The notes: generated by a model from the sequence alone, not told the origin. Positions 12,620 to 25,128 are shown, numbered from the stretch's first letter. The stretch is DNA of 64,000 nt from Octopus sinensis (GCF_006345805.1 NC_043006.1:62682001-62746000); one strand, 5' to 3'. Numbers and translations: made by a program.

Positions 12620-12770
12620 CAAGTAATGTATTAATAAGACGCTCAGATAACGAAAAGAGTAGGATGTTTACATTACGAGTATAACACTCCTTCGGAAACA
12701 ATAAGAAACAGGAAATTCAAAGACAGAAGAATATTTAAATCGCAAACGATCACGTGCGGTTACATATTTT
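12620..12770 (-). mobile_element. Degenerate relative of the 39690-39900 repeat (probable PLE pLTR fragment)
   Basis: GACGCTCAG..GTTTACATTACGAG..CCTTCGGAAAC aligns to the reverse complement of 39760-39830. Flanked by (TA)n. Confidence 0.5.
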
Positions 12771-12826
12771 GATGTAAGTAACTAGAAGTAGGAATGAAAA
12801 GAAAATGCTTTGTGGAAGCATATATG

Positions 12827-12881
<55 letters not shown>

Positions 12882-13044
12882 ATTATATATATATATATGT
12901 TGATTCTTCTATATCTCTTCCAGCATAGCGCACACACATTGTGGTTTCCAATTAAAGAGATTTTCCTGCATAAATGTTTTTATAGTTTATATGATTTTAT
13001 ATGTGGTTTATGATTGCTGCATATGTCATTTGTTTTTATCTTGT

Positions 13045-13236
13045 ATCATTTATTTAATTCAGCCACTAGATTGAGGCCACGCTGAGACATCACCTTGAAC
13101 AAGATTTAGTCAAATCAATCGACCCCTGTAGTTAAATTTTGATGCCGGGTACTTAATCTATCCGTCACTTTTCCCGAACCGCTAAATTACGGGGACGTTA
13201 ACACACCAATACTAGTTGTCAAGATTTGGCGGTGTC

Positions 13237-13240
<4 letters not shown>
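13045..13240 (-). mobile_element. CORE-type SINE 3' part
   Basis: GGCCACGCTGAGACATCACC..CGAACCGCTAAATTACGGGGACGTTAACACACC. Confidence 0.75.
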
Positions 13241-13283
<43 letters not shown>

Positions 13284-13727
13284 CCACACCTATGCCTTAT
13301 GTATTTATATTACAACACATTATATCATTTATTTTCTCGCTCGTATGAGTGTTGTACGTTGCCACATAATTCTCGACTGTTTTTTTATATTTTTGAAAGA
13401 TCAGCGCTCTTTTAAACCGGCCGTTTAGCGTAGTAAAGCCTTTAATGCTAAACCATAAAGCAACGAGATCCAGGCTGAGAATGTGATATTTCTTATGTAT
13501 ATAGCGTAAGTTTTCTTTCATTTTCTTTTCCGTCTGTTTGAGTTAAGCATCCGAGAAAATTAACCGATAGCTCTAAATCTCGTCCTTTGGATTTATTGGT
13601 GTATCCAGCATTTTATTTGAGTTTTGTTTAAAAGTATATGTTGTGTGTGATGGTCTTCTGATAGACTAGGTTAGTTTGAAACTATGCGCAAATAATAATT
13701 AAGAAGTATATGCGTGCTTCTGTGTGT

Positions 13728-13774
<47 letters not shown>

Positions 13775-13821
13775 TGTATGTGTGATATAGATAGCAGAAA
13801 TATTAGCGCTTCAAACAGAAG

Positions 13822-14055
13822 CACGCTTGGCAGAATCGTTAGCACGCCGGGCGAAATGCGTAGCCGTATTTCGTCTGCCGTTACGTTCTGAGTTCAAATT
13901 CCGCCGAGGTCGACTTTGCCTTTCATCCTTTCGAGGTCGATTAAATAAATACCAGTTACGCACTGGGGTCGATATAATCGACTTAATCCGTTTGTCTGTC
14001 CTTGTTTGTCCCCTCTGTGTTTAGCCCCTTGTGGGTAGTAAAGAAATAGGTATTT
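13822..14055 (+). mobile_element. tRNA-derived SINE (second family)
   Basis: A-box TGGCAGAATCG, B-box GAGTTCAAATTCC, body GAGGTCGACTTTGCCTTTCATCCTTTCG.., tail GTGGGTAGTAAAGAAATAGGTATTT. Confidence 0.9.
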
Positions 14056-15459
14056 TTTGTGGCTATTGGCACTCAAACTTCAAGTACTGGCGAGCTCACT
14101 CTTTGCAAATCATACTTTCAAGTTGGAAAACAAAGTTCTTTTCCAGGGCAACGAATTTGCGTGAATATCAATGCATGATGTGAAATAGCTTGCTACATCT
14201 GTATTGCGTTGTGGGTGGATATCCTTCGCATAAATGGACCTCATAAATAATAAGGTCATTACCAAGCATTGGCATTGTTTCGGATATAAACAAGAACTAC
14301 CAATGAAACTCGCAAATCCAGTGTGGCTTAGATTCATCGAATTCAATGCAACAAGAGGATTATGCAAAGTTTCATACACATACGTCTTTGCATGTGTGTA
14401 TATGCATGTGCATATGTAGCATATGCATATATTTGCACGCATGCATCGATATTCCTAGCGAGATAAACTCTCTGGGTATAATCAGGTTTGACAGCTGAGT
14501 AAATTTTAAATGTTTTCTACTTTTGAATGAAAGCATTCCATTTCCCATTTGTCAGTATTACTTTTTAAAATATCCATGAAATTCCCGAAGTTCAATTCTG
14601 CGTTTTCTATAAACATTTCACTTATTGTTCTATAATAAAAGAATATTTAATTTGGTCTTTCAGTTACAAGCTGATTAAAAGTCGTCGATTAACAGAACGT
14701 GAAGGTTCCGTTGCTAGCATTTTAGATAATGTTAGTTAACCCATTAATGCATAAATTTAATTTTCATTCTATAATTAATAAAAAAACATAAAATATCATG
14801 TAAAATAAGCAGTATGGAGGACAGAGTCAAAATATGATGATTATATGGTAGTTCGGATTCGTGAAAAGTTGGTAATATACGAAGAGTTTTAAAATCTGAA
14901 AGAGATACATCGTATTGTAGAATGTTCTAACTTTAATGTATTGGGAGCATTCTGCTTCAATGGGTTTATTTTGTTGATTGTTTGTGCAAGCATGAATTAG
15001 TGTGATGTGCAAGTATTTCATAATCAGCTGCAAGAGAAGATGTTTTTTAAAAGATCATTTACGGATCTGCATTGTAATTCTAGCTGACTGAATTTGTATA
15101 ACGTATCATCATTTTCTATTCTTTTGAAAAGTATTTCGTATGAAGAAGGTATTAGTGGATTACATTCCATTGCAGTGAATATTACAGTGAATGACTGGTT
15201 ACTGAAACATTCAATTCGATACAATGTGCTATCTTGAATAATATTCCCTTACATTTCGTTACAGAGGATATCGCTCCGAAGTTAGGGGCATTGTGATGTA
15301 TAAATACGAGCATACACGTGGGATTATAGAATTGAGTAGCATACTGTTGAGAAAAGTAATAAGGAGGATACAAGAAGCAGTCGTTAAAGCCAGTTTCTAT
15401 ATATGACTGAACCGAGAAGACCCAAAATTGCTCGAAAGCCATAACATATCGACTAGGAA

Positions 15460-16000
15460 ATAGCGTCGCTAGGCGAGACTGACCGGCACTTGAGCAGCAT
15501 TACTGATTAACAAGTGGGCCAAAGTTGCGATCTCGTTCATTGCGCGCCCTCCTGGTTCAAAGGCTTGTGCCAACAAACAGCTAGTCGGCTCTGGTTGCTG
15601 GAACTGTTCCAACATGACACCTTTGGAAGGTAGGTTTAGAGACGACGCGGGTCAAAATTAAGCATCCTTCGCCTGTATTGGTCAGTTGAAGCTTAGATAC
15701 TGTCACGTGACAGTTATCTTTTGCCGGGTGCTACAGCCTACCAATGAGCATTTAAAGGGAAATTTGGCTTGATGGTCATTCGCCATTGACATTCGTTGAT
15801 GCTGCATCGAAGAAACCAAAGAACGAAAGAAAAAAAGAGAAAGGAAAAATGCACTCAACACCAAAGCTGAAAACACCTCCGAAAGCGGGGGTGCCACGTC
15901 GAAAACGGTAGAAGGGTTGAGGCGGAACCGGACGTGGTTCCTCCTGATGATGTATTTAGCCACTGAATCCTATAAAGGAGCTGTTGAGGTGGCGAACCAC
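15460..16000. promoter_or_regulatory. CpG-richer island with palindromic E-box between ATTGG and CCAAT boxes (candidate promoter)
   Basis: Perfect 16-bp palindrome ACTGTCACGTGACAGT at 15699-15714, ATTGG at 15677, CCAAT at 15741, CCTATAAAGG at ~15969. Could instead be a retrotransposon 5' UTR. Confidence 0.3.
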
Positions 16001-16929
16001 AAAACGTAGTTGGAATTCCTTCCTACCATGCTGATGAAAAAGGCGAAAACAAAATAATGGCAGCAAACATTGATTCCGCAATATATAAAGAACGGCACCC
16101 TGATCCATCATTGATTATACATGTACAAAACTGCGCTATTGGACTAATGATGCTGAAGTTTTACAAAAAGCTTGAATATGCTGAAGTCTCCTCCAACAAC
16201 ATATAGTTGAGTAGAGTATAAAACTAGTTCTATGTTTTAACACTCTGTAGCTAATTACTAATTTAAAGGTTACCACGTGTGTGTGTGTGAAAGGAAATTA
16301 GAGGAAGGTGACGTAAAAACAGTTAAGGGAGGACAGACATGTAATTCTTCACATCCGACATGAAGATTAGGATCAGTATAGCTTTGGTGCGTTTAAATCA
16401 CGAAATCTAATCCCATGGAATGTCTTCATTTGTCACTGAATGTAAAACATCATTGGGGTGATAGCCATAACAAAAATAAGACGTAATATATGGTTGACAA
16501 CAACAACAACATGTAACGGTAAATAATGGATAGACGGTCACGGTAAATAATGTATATATGTAATAACGGATATTATCATGTTACTGGCTTAGAGAACGAG
16601 CTAAGAGAATGCACGTGCGAATGAATGAGTAGAGACGTGACTTTTGTCGATGTAGAAGTTAGATGACATGAAACATGAGAGTAGATCAGAAAGACAGGTA
16701 GTAAAGAGTGGGGAGAGAATGTCTAAAAAAACAATGTAAACAGTATGCAAGGAAGAAAGGCAGAGAAAATGTAAGAAGTAGCATAGTAAATAAGAACAAT
16801 TCTCTTAAAGTTCAATAATGATAGAGGCTTTAGAGGTGTAACTGGATAAAGTTCAACATGAGCAAATCCTGTACCAAAAAGTTCTATATAATATTTTTAC
16901 GAAATTTACAGAAATATTAAGAATACTTT

Positions 16930-18650
16930 GAATATATGCTGTAAGATTAGTGCCTTGTGGTTTCCCATAAGTATTACAACACGAGCCATTCAGATACACT
17001 TTGTTATAAAACATCGCTTTACTTTGCGTGCTTTAGTTTCGTTACTATAGCAACTGTCCAGATATTTATTGATAAAACTTCGTACTGCATCTTTCTTTCT
17101 TTGAGGGACAGGCAGTATTTTTTATTTTGGCAGATGCTCTTAAACGATGCAATGTGAATACGTCACCGATGTTTGAAATGGTCACATTTTACACTAATAT
17201 ATGTTTTATATTTGTACTTGTTGTGACAGTATATTTGTATATAATGTTTTTACAGAGACACTCGTTTTCTATGGGACATGTGGTCCCGTCTCTACAACTA
17301 TATATTTTTTAATATACTATCTTTCAAATTGGTTATTTCTGTTGTTACTCTTCTTCTTAGTTGTATTGGCATAATTATTGTTGTTGTTGTTACATTCATT
17401 ATTATCTCTTTGTAATCCCCAATATTTAAATTTACAGCATTCTCATTGTTATTTAGGTTATATATGCCAACGTCGATATTCGTACATTGAAATAATTTTG
17501 ATTATTTCTTCCACTATTATTTCTATGCTTATTTGTACGACACATGTTAGCACCCACCCTATTTGTTGATATTTGAAATTGCTTGTTTCAGCTTCCTGTT
17601 ATTAAGTTTATGAATATGATTTTCGAGATTCATGCGATGTTACTTAAGGCAGCTTCATCATATGTCTGTTAAAAGCTGCATAATTTCTACTAGATTGAGG
17701 ACAATGTCTATTCCCGACCAATCTTTGTTCATGCATGTAATCCAAATACAGGTTTATACCAAACTACACTACGATTATAAGACTTTTTCTTCAATTTAAT
17801 GTAACAGTTACATTTCACGATAAAGACATAACAATAGAAAATCCAGTTAATTTTCTTTCCTTTTTTTCTTTTTGCTTTATTCGCTTCCTTAATTTTATTT
17901 GCCATATCGTTTAGTCTACTATATGAATACCAATTTGAACTTATCTTTTCTGTAGGGTCAGCACTACTACTGGTATTCTCTTTTATTTTGGTGTTTTTAT
18001 TTCCATTGTTATATCTATTTTTATATAACTACACTCTTCTTAGGAATATATATTTTTTCAGTAGATCCACAACCAGCAAATGCTGATTTTTTTATAATAG
18101 TTGACGAACGAGTTGAATATTACTTCGTTCGCAGAATGTTTTAATATTCTATTAGACACACGGTTTACGATTCCGTTTGTTTAATATTTCGCTAGGTGTA
18201 AGATTATATTTACTGTTTCATTCTTTCATGTTAAGATTTGTATAAAGTGTGGTATCTACATTATATACGTTAGCAGTATTATCTGCTAGTACCAAGAAAG
18301 TTCCTCTAGTACTTATTTTAATTTCTTGTGGTGCTGGTTGTGCCAAATAAGAAATTTCCTGGTTTTTGTATTCTTCATGAAAGTGTATAGTTCTTCAAAT
18401 GTGTCTGTGTGTGTGTGCTTAAACCGTGCGAATATTTTGTGTGAACATTGTATTCCATATTTTTTTCCGAACAAAGGATTGCTAATATTTCGTTTTGGGA
18501 TTTAGTTTGCAAGATTCTTTATATGAGTTCGTGTGTTGAAGCACATTCTGTTGTGTCTGGGGAGAGTCATTTTATTTTTGTGCCTTATAATGTAACACAC
18601 TCACCAGTACAATTTCCACGTATTTCTTATTTTTATTTTCCTTAAATTTT
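16930..18650 (-). mobile_element. Decayed Naiad-like Penelope element (RT core deleted, GIY-YIG present)
   Basis: KYGI..TFEELYTF, FLVLADNTANVYNVD, NRILKHSANEVIF, RSVVWYKPVFG..TKIG, AAFNRHMMKL, CRDGTTCPIENECLCKNIIYKYTV..TYI..FKHR*RIHIASFK. Confidence 0.8.
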
Positions 18651-18739
18651 CGTTTCGTCTTGCAACCTTTTCAATAGTCTTGACTCTGTCCGTTATTTAT
18701 ACTGCGTTATTTTTGTTTGTTTGTGCGCATATGTGTAGG

Positions 18740-18975
18740 CCAGTGTGTATGTGCGTGCCTATGCATGCATGCATGCACGTATGTATGTATGTGTGTATGT
18801 ATGTATGTATGTATGTATGTATGTATGTATGTATGTATGTGTATGTATACATGTGTGTGTATGCATATGTTTATACGTATGTATGTGTATGCATCTGTAT
18901 GTATGTATTCTGCATATTCATGTGCTTGCATGTCCGTGTTTGTGTATTTTCCATGTATGTGTATGTGTGTTAGCG
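18740..18975. repeat. (TATG)n/(TG)n microsatellite
   Basis: Directly visible. Confidence 0.92.
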
Positions 18976-18989
18976 TATGTTTGTATATG

Positions 18990-19700
18990 TATTTTAAGAA
19001 AATAAAAATAATAAGTGGAAATTTTACCAATGAGTGTGTTAAATTATAAATCACACAAAAAATGACTCTACCAGACACAACAGGATTGCATATAATTTTT
19101 CCAGAAATCTTATCTTTTAATTTAAATGGGCTAAATATCTCGAACTTCACTGGAAAAGGAAATTATATTAAATGTCGAACACACGATTTATATTTGCATT
19201 AATCTACGAAACGTTTAATGCAGGAAAATCATATCACGCATAATAGAATAGAGAACCACACCCACTGCAAATCGTTACATTGTCAGAACGACTTCCGATT
19301 CGTAGAACATCTATTATATACAACACTTCACGTACGCTTTACCAAGATTGAAGCATCTGCAATTAATACTCGATTTCTTTCTCATATAAGGTTGTATGAA
19401 ATATGTTCAACTCTTTTTACAAAGACGATTATGTATAACTAATAGAACTGTCCGTTCACATACTAAGAATTCTCTGAGGGAAAATAGTCCACAAACTGGC
19501 GTTAATTGTATGCAACCATTAAAATCTGATAGAAGCTATTGCACACCTCACATGCTTCAAAGCCTGGCTACCAATATCACAATATATTCAACGACTTTAG
19601 CTCAAAGAGTTTTCTTGAATAAGATTCGTTCAATTACCCACATAAAGCTCGAGCCATAACATCGATATTCTAGCCTTTTCACACATTTATTGTTTGTTGA
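18990..19700 (+). mobile_element. Second, more decayed copy of the same PLE in inverted orientation
   Basis: 18992-19088 is an inverted homolog of 18544-18646, including the putative start ATGACTCT.CCAGACACAACAG. Weak PLE-like peptides downstream (LMQENHIT, NTRFLSHIR). Confidence 0.55.
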
Positions 19701-20004
19701 ACCAAGGTAATTCATTGAATAACTGAATGAGAAACACAGCTGTATTGTTAAATCACATAAGGTGGGATAAAGAAAATGATTTTATATTCATAATTTTTGC
19801 AAGACCAATTTACAGCATAACACAAGAGGGTTTAACAAGGATTAATTAAAACTGGATCCACGATATGTTGAATCAAGGATATCATATTACATTTCGAGTT
19901 CTGCAAAACCATTTAAAGCATCTCTGATATCATTTCTTCAATTTCTATTATTAATTCTTCCAATAATCCCATCAGTATCACTGCTGAAGCTTCTATTATT
20001 GCTT

Positions 20005-20155
<151 letters not shown>

Positions 20156-20660
20156 AAATGCCTTAATGCAATACCAGGCAGTGGCTCTCATGACTTCTGA
20201 TCTTAACTTATTGGAAGCGTCATCATGTATATTGTTTTATCTTGGTATAAAAGATGGGCTACAACAAATATTCTGCTCAGTACCGCAGATTTGCTTGTCA
20301 GTCGCTTGACCTTAACTATTTGAGCATGTCCCTTAGTGACTGACGATATGTGCATCTCTGATCACGAGCAGAAGTAGTGGGGGAACATCATAGCCATGTG
20401 TTGAGAGGGATTCTTTGGGGTTTGAATAATTCACCTTTGAAAACAAGGCTGTTTCATTCAACATCTTTAAACAATCTTTATTCAGGGACCATTTGAGCGG
20501 GATGGGTTACTCGATCAGAAGAAAATTCTAACTGGGCCCCACCTGCAAGGTCATACGCTGTTTATCTTAATATGAGATCACCATGTCGCGTACATATGGT
20601 TGTGATGCATGTGCCTGGTGTACCCTTATCAGACGGGTAGTCATGATGGGTATACTTTTG
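20156..20660. mobile_element. ~530-bp non-coding repeat associated with (AAT)n, copy 1
   Basis: Homologous to 23918-24281, 25129-25690 and 37243-37782. Begins AAATGCC..ATGCA.TACCAGGCAGTGG directly after (AAT)n. Confidence 0.85.
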
Positions 20661-21158
20661 AGACCAGTGTGGAGTAGTGATGATGGACATTCTGGCAAAT
20701 GGCACCAATATTATGCATCTCTGTAGCATAAATTGCGGGATGCCATCAAACCAGAGTGGCGTGGCATGCTGACCAAAAGCTTCTGGCACCTCCAAGACAA
20801 CGCTTTAGCTCACAATACGTATGCTGTTGAGATGAAAGTACACTCCTGCGGTTATGAAACCCTTCTTCAACCTCGTGGCTCTCCCGCCCTTGCACCACCT
20901 AAGTTTCCCTTCTTTCCAATCATGAATTCTTTTTTAAAGAGAGGCACTTTTCGGATGATGATGAACTTATTTCCGATGTAAAGTCTTGGCTCCAGATGCA
21001 ACCTACCGACTTCTACAAACGAGGTCTTCACAGCCACATATAGCGATGGGAGGAGTGTGTTACCGTTGGTGGTGTCTATGTAAAGAAGAACTAATAATTC
21101 TGCGAAGATTCATTTATCCTAATCCTTAGGAAGTGGGTCAGGAGAAACTTTTTATTGT
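20661..21158 (+). mobile_element. Mariner (irritans-like) 3' half
   Basis: YYASL*HKLRDAIK..RGMLTK..LQDNALAH..SPALAPPKF..RWEECVTVGGVYVKKN*, followed by TIR-like GGTCAGGAGAAACTTTT. Confidence 0.85.
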
Positions 21159-21309
21159 AAATTAATGATTAGAGGGCAATGAATGAAGCTTAATTATATA
21201 ATCAAATATATATTTGATTATGTAATTAATCTTTTAAAAAAGAGATTGGCTTACCAGCATACGCACACACGTAAACATAATTAGTGGAATGTGCATACAC
21301 ACATACGAC

Positions 21310-21610
21310 TTGTTACGTTGCACACTCCCCAACCATTCTTTGGCTGCGCTGACTTCAGTATTAGCCACTTCATAATGGGGGAACACAACAGTTTTGCGCA
21401 CCATTTCAAGAGCTTCGACTGATGTTTCTATGGAAACTACACTTGGGAAATATGTTCGTGGTGTTTTGCTAGTGTTTGCAGCTTTCTCTCTCCCTCTCTC
21501 TTTGTTCTTCCAATTCGTTGGGGTAAAATGACTGCAAATTTCCGTGCACCCCTTTTGCATTCACCATAAATTGCATCTCTGAGATACACCTGTGTCATTT
21601 TGAAGTTATT
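21310..21610 (-). mobile_element. Possible pogo/Fot1-like transposase N-terminal fragment
   Basis: YLRDAIY..KRGARKFAV (psq-HTH-like), PSVVSIETSVEALEMV and AAKEWLGSVQRN (CENP-B HTH-like). Weak. Confidence 0.3.
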
Positions 21611-22227
21611 AGGACTTGTCAATCAATGGTAGTCATTCTTATTATACACATAGAAACCTTTCGCCTTTGCACAATAAGCATTTTAATTTGGCTCCATGAT
21701 GTAATGAGGGCTCAAACCTATGAGGAAGTATATCTATTTCCCTGTCACAGCTTGCCGTTTCGTTTCGCTCTCGGTTCCAAATAAGCTGGCAAATTCTGGT
21801 GTACACCCTGCATTATCCAAGATTACAAACGGCGGTCTAAAACTCCTTTAAGCCGTCCTAAAAGGACATAGAAAGACGCCCACAGACTAAGTGACACAGA
21901 AGTATACTCAGTTGTCTCTTAACAGTCCATGGAAAAATTCGACGAGTAGAGCGAGTGCATCCTTTCTGACATACCTTCGTAAACACATTTCTCAAGTACC
22001 CTTGGTTTAAATATAAATTTTCTCATCTAGATACAAACTGTGCGTAGTTACGTTGGTGCGGTTTTTATTAGAGAAAATGACTCATTAACAATTTTAAATT
22101 CTATTGAAGGAAAACAGAAACAGCAACATTTCTTCTTCAAAGTATTTATTTGCTTCGTTGTATATTTTCTTAGCTTTCTTTGTTTTCTGTGTGGTTGTCA
22201 TTTTTTTCTTGTGTTGTACGTCAGTCA

Positions 22228-22339
22228 ATAAAAACATATTCAATAAAAACATATAAAAACATATTCAAATAAAAACATATAAAACAATAAAAACATATAA
22301 AAACATATTTAATAAAAACATATAAAAACATATTCAAAA
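22228..22339. repeat. Minisatellite, variable ~10-15-bp unit ATAAAAACAT(ATTCA)
   Basis: Directly visible tandem units. Confidence 0.9.
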
Positions 22340-22429
22340 ATGTATTTTCTCACCTTATGTCGAGAGAAAGTTATTAAAAAGTATGCGCCAGTCATTTTTG
22401 GAATAAATTGGGACAAACTGACACAGAAT

Positions 22430-22640
22430 TTTGTTTCAAATTCTAGCAGAAGGCTGGCAATCCCGGGGGAAGTGTCAGTCGATTATATTGACACCAGTGT
22501 GCAACAGGTACTTATTTTATGATATCCTCCAAAGGACGGAAGATAAAGCTCACCACTGCAGAATTTGAACTGAGAATGTGAAGACGGATGAAAAGCAGTT
22601 TTGTCGGTGTGTTAACCATTTTGGCAGGTCGTCGCCTTAA
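22430..22640 (-). mobile_element. Degenerate tRNA-SINE (second family)
   Basis: GTCGATTATATTGACACCAGTG..GAATTTGAACTGAGAA. Confidence 0.7.
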
Positions 22641-22734
22641 TCATTTGCCAATATTGCGAACATTTACAAGATGTAATCCACAATGAAAGCGTTGTCAAGA
22701 GTAAAACCTACGGTAAAATAATAGAATAATAGGT

Positions 22735-22795
<61 letters not shown>

Positions 22796-22812
22796 TAATA
22801 GTAATAATAATT

Positions 22813-22844
<32 letters not shown>

Positions 22845-22885
22845 AATAACAATGATAGTAATAATAATGATGATGATGATCATTA
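22735..22885. repeat. (AAT)n/(GAT)n microsatellite
   Basis: Directly visible. Confidence 0.95.
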
Positions 22886-23106
22886 ATTCTTTTATTGGCC
22901 ACAGGGGCTGACAAAAATTAATTGTAGCATAAAGGGACAAAACACAGGACGAAATTTACAAAGGGTTTTGTCCGTTTGTGAAAATCCGTGTAAAAAACAG
23001 TGTAACAACGAAAAATTATAACAATGAAAAAATCCCAATTGGAGGACGCGCTTCGAAAGGTTCCTGGTGGAAAAACCCATAAAAGTAAATAATAATAATA
23101 ATAATA

Positions 23107-23176
<70 letters not shown>

Positions 23177-23184
23177 AAAAAATA

Positions 23185-23570
23185 ATGAAGAAAAAAATGC
23201 TTTCTAATTGATGTATCAATACCGGCTGATGACAACGTGTCTCTAAAAGAAATGGAGAAACTCTCAAAATACAAAGACCTGGAAATAGAGGTAACTAGAA
23301 TGTGGAATCTGAAAACAGAAACAATTCCTATCATAGTAGGTGCATTAGGCATGATAAAAAAATATTCAGACAAATACATAACAAAAACACCAGGACTTAC
23401 AAACACATATAACATACAGAAAATTGCAATACTAGGCACTGCACACATCCTACGCAGAACACTTTCCATACAATAACCATCAGAGCATCACAACAAATCA
23501 CAGCACATACCCAAGGCACACAGAGCTGCGCTCGGTAGTGAAGTGAAAGCATGCTATAAAAATAAAGCTA

Positions 23571-23577
<7 letters not shown>
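23185..23577 (+). mobile_element. R4/Dong-like retrotransposon 3' end (restriction-like endonuclease) in (AAT)n
   Basis: KKCFLIDVSIPADDNVSLKEMEKLSKYKDLEIEVTRMW..PIIVGALG..IQKIAILGTAHILRRTLSIQ*, ~100-bp 3' UTR, then (AAT)n tail. Confidence 0.9.
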
Positions 23578-23602
<25 letters not shown>

Positions 23603-23607
23603 ACATT

Positions 23608-23805
23608 ATGATTTCAAATTTTAGCAGAAGGATTGCAATTCCGATAGGGGGTAAGTCGATTACATTGACCCCAGTGCTCAACTGGTACTTATTTTATTGA
23701 ACACGTAAGATTACGAAGGGCAAAATCTGCCTAGGCGTAATTTAAACTAGGAATGCTGCTGATCATTTTGCCCTGCGTGTTAAAGATTCTACCAACTCAC
23801 TGCTT
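23608..23805 (-). mobile_element. Degenerate tRNA-SINE (second family)
   Basis: AAGTCGATTACATTGACCCCAGTGCTCAACTGGTACTTATTTT. Confidence 0.7.
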
Positions 23806-23917
23806 TAAACATTCACCGCTATTTTGAATAAAATTTACAAGAGGTTATCCAGAATGAAAGCGTTGTCAAGAGCAAATTCTCGCGATAAAATATAAGTTAA
23901 ATAATAATAATAATAAT

Positions 23918-24281
23918 TGCTTGACCGTAACCAGTTCAGCATGTTCCTTAGTGGCTGAGGATAGGCGCATCTCTCATTGTGAGTACAACTAATGGGGGTG
24001 CATCATAACCATGTGTTGAGTGGAAGTCTTTGCGGTTTGAATAATTCACCTGTGGAAACACAGTTGTTACGTTAATCATATTTAGGCAAATTTTATTCCG
24101 GGACTTTTGAGAGTGATGGGCTGTTGAACCTGAAAACAAATCTAACTGGAGCGCACCTGCAAAATCATGCGCTGTTTATGTTGTGCGCATTTTATTGTGA
24201 TGAATGTACCTGTGGTACCCTTAAAAGACGGGTAGTCCTGATGGGTATACAGGGCTTCATATATTTTTACCCCAGTGTCAC
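23918..24281. mobile_element. ~530-bp AAT-associated repeat, partial copy 2
   Basis: Homologous to 20305-20660 and 25277-25665. Confidence 0.8.
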
Positions 24282-24289
24282 CTAGATAG

Positions 24290-24960
24290 CAGGTGCTGTT
24301 TTTTTCACTGAATAATAATATTTTATAAAGATTGACGTAACTCTTCACAAAGGTAAATAGACAATAAGAAGCGCGTGATGCGATTTGCAATAGATTGTTT
24401 ACTTAACGGTTTAAACAATATTTCAGCAGATCGTCTATCATCTTCAGTTCAAAGTGTAAAATGTAAAACAATTGCAGAAATAAAAAATAATTCAAATTAT
24501 AGTCGAGGAAATCCTGTATAGAATGACATCATCAGTTTTCAAAAGGAAAAAAGAAAAAAAAGAGAAAAATGGTAAAAAAGGATACTTAGTGGAAGAATTT
24601 TGTGCAAATATGATGAAATTCACCTGTCACTTTATTCATTCCTCCAGGGCGTGATGTTAATACTTCACAAATACATTTGTCTTTCTGCATTTTGAGGACT
24701 AAAAATGTGGTAGATCCAGAGTATTTTCCGAGAATGTGCTCTTTCAGGTGCTCCTCAAAAGTGCAGCCGTTTGATATAAAATATTTGGTAAGTTCTGTCG
24801 AACTACTGGTATTGTGTCTGACGCATACCTGTACCCATTGAATTTGTAGTTTAATTATTCTGCGGTACAACCAACTTACTAGAAACATGTAAATACAGTT
24901 CTACACCATTATGTCAAACACGGTTGCAGTGACGTATCGTTCAAACCGCTAAGTACTCTA
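24290..24960 (-). mobile_element. Penelope-like element 3' end (GIY-YIG and pLTR)
   Basis: VGCTAE*LNYKFNGYR and ICEVLTSRPGGMNK match PLE GIY-YIG motifs. A hammerhead-like motif lies downstream. Confidence 0.7.
24410..24453 (-). ncRNA. Degenerate minimal hammerhead ribozyme-like motif
   Basis: Minus strand TTTGAA-CTGAAGA-TGATAGA-cga-TCTGCT-GAAA-TATTG-TTTAAA. Both core boxes intact, stem II imperfect, stem I 6 bp. Confidence 0.55.
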
Positions 24961-25044
24961 TTACAAAGTGAATCGTGCTCTTTTTATTGTCTAATTTATT
25001 CTTTTATTAGCCACAAGAGTCTAATAATAACAACAATAATAATG

Positions 25045-25123
<79 letters not shown>

Positions 25124-25128
25124 TAAAC

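Larger units (their letters stand above)
11450..15420 (-). pseudogene. Decayed intronless Toll-like receptor (LRR ectodomain, LRR-CT, TIR) fragmented by SINEs and microsatellites
   Basis: Colinear minus-strand motifs: VNDLLKNIFS..KYLHI (~15040), LNLCINGLTNI (14728-14760), LVALNSMNLSHTGF (~14330), LFSNLKV (~14120), ILLNKTQIKC..KGRDLELSVNFLGC (~13547-13640), IETSEDSEKLYY (~12455-12490), YKLYKYRKSHLPEAIIAVTSTKTIIENS..TILVLL (~11660-11766). Many stops and frameshifts. Confidence 0.6.

Noticed and set aside
16031-16055. CTGATGA..GAAA hammerhead-like spacing
   Set aside because: No pairable stem II and no plausible cleavage site.
17160-17170. In-frame TGA in the Naiad-like GIY-YIG as selenocysteine
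   Set aside because: The position corresponds to an aromatic residue, the element has many other stops, and I identified no SECIS.
22228-22339. CRISPR-like array
   Set aside because: No unique spacers and eukaryotic context; plain minisatellite.
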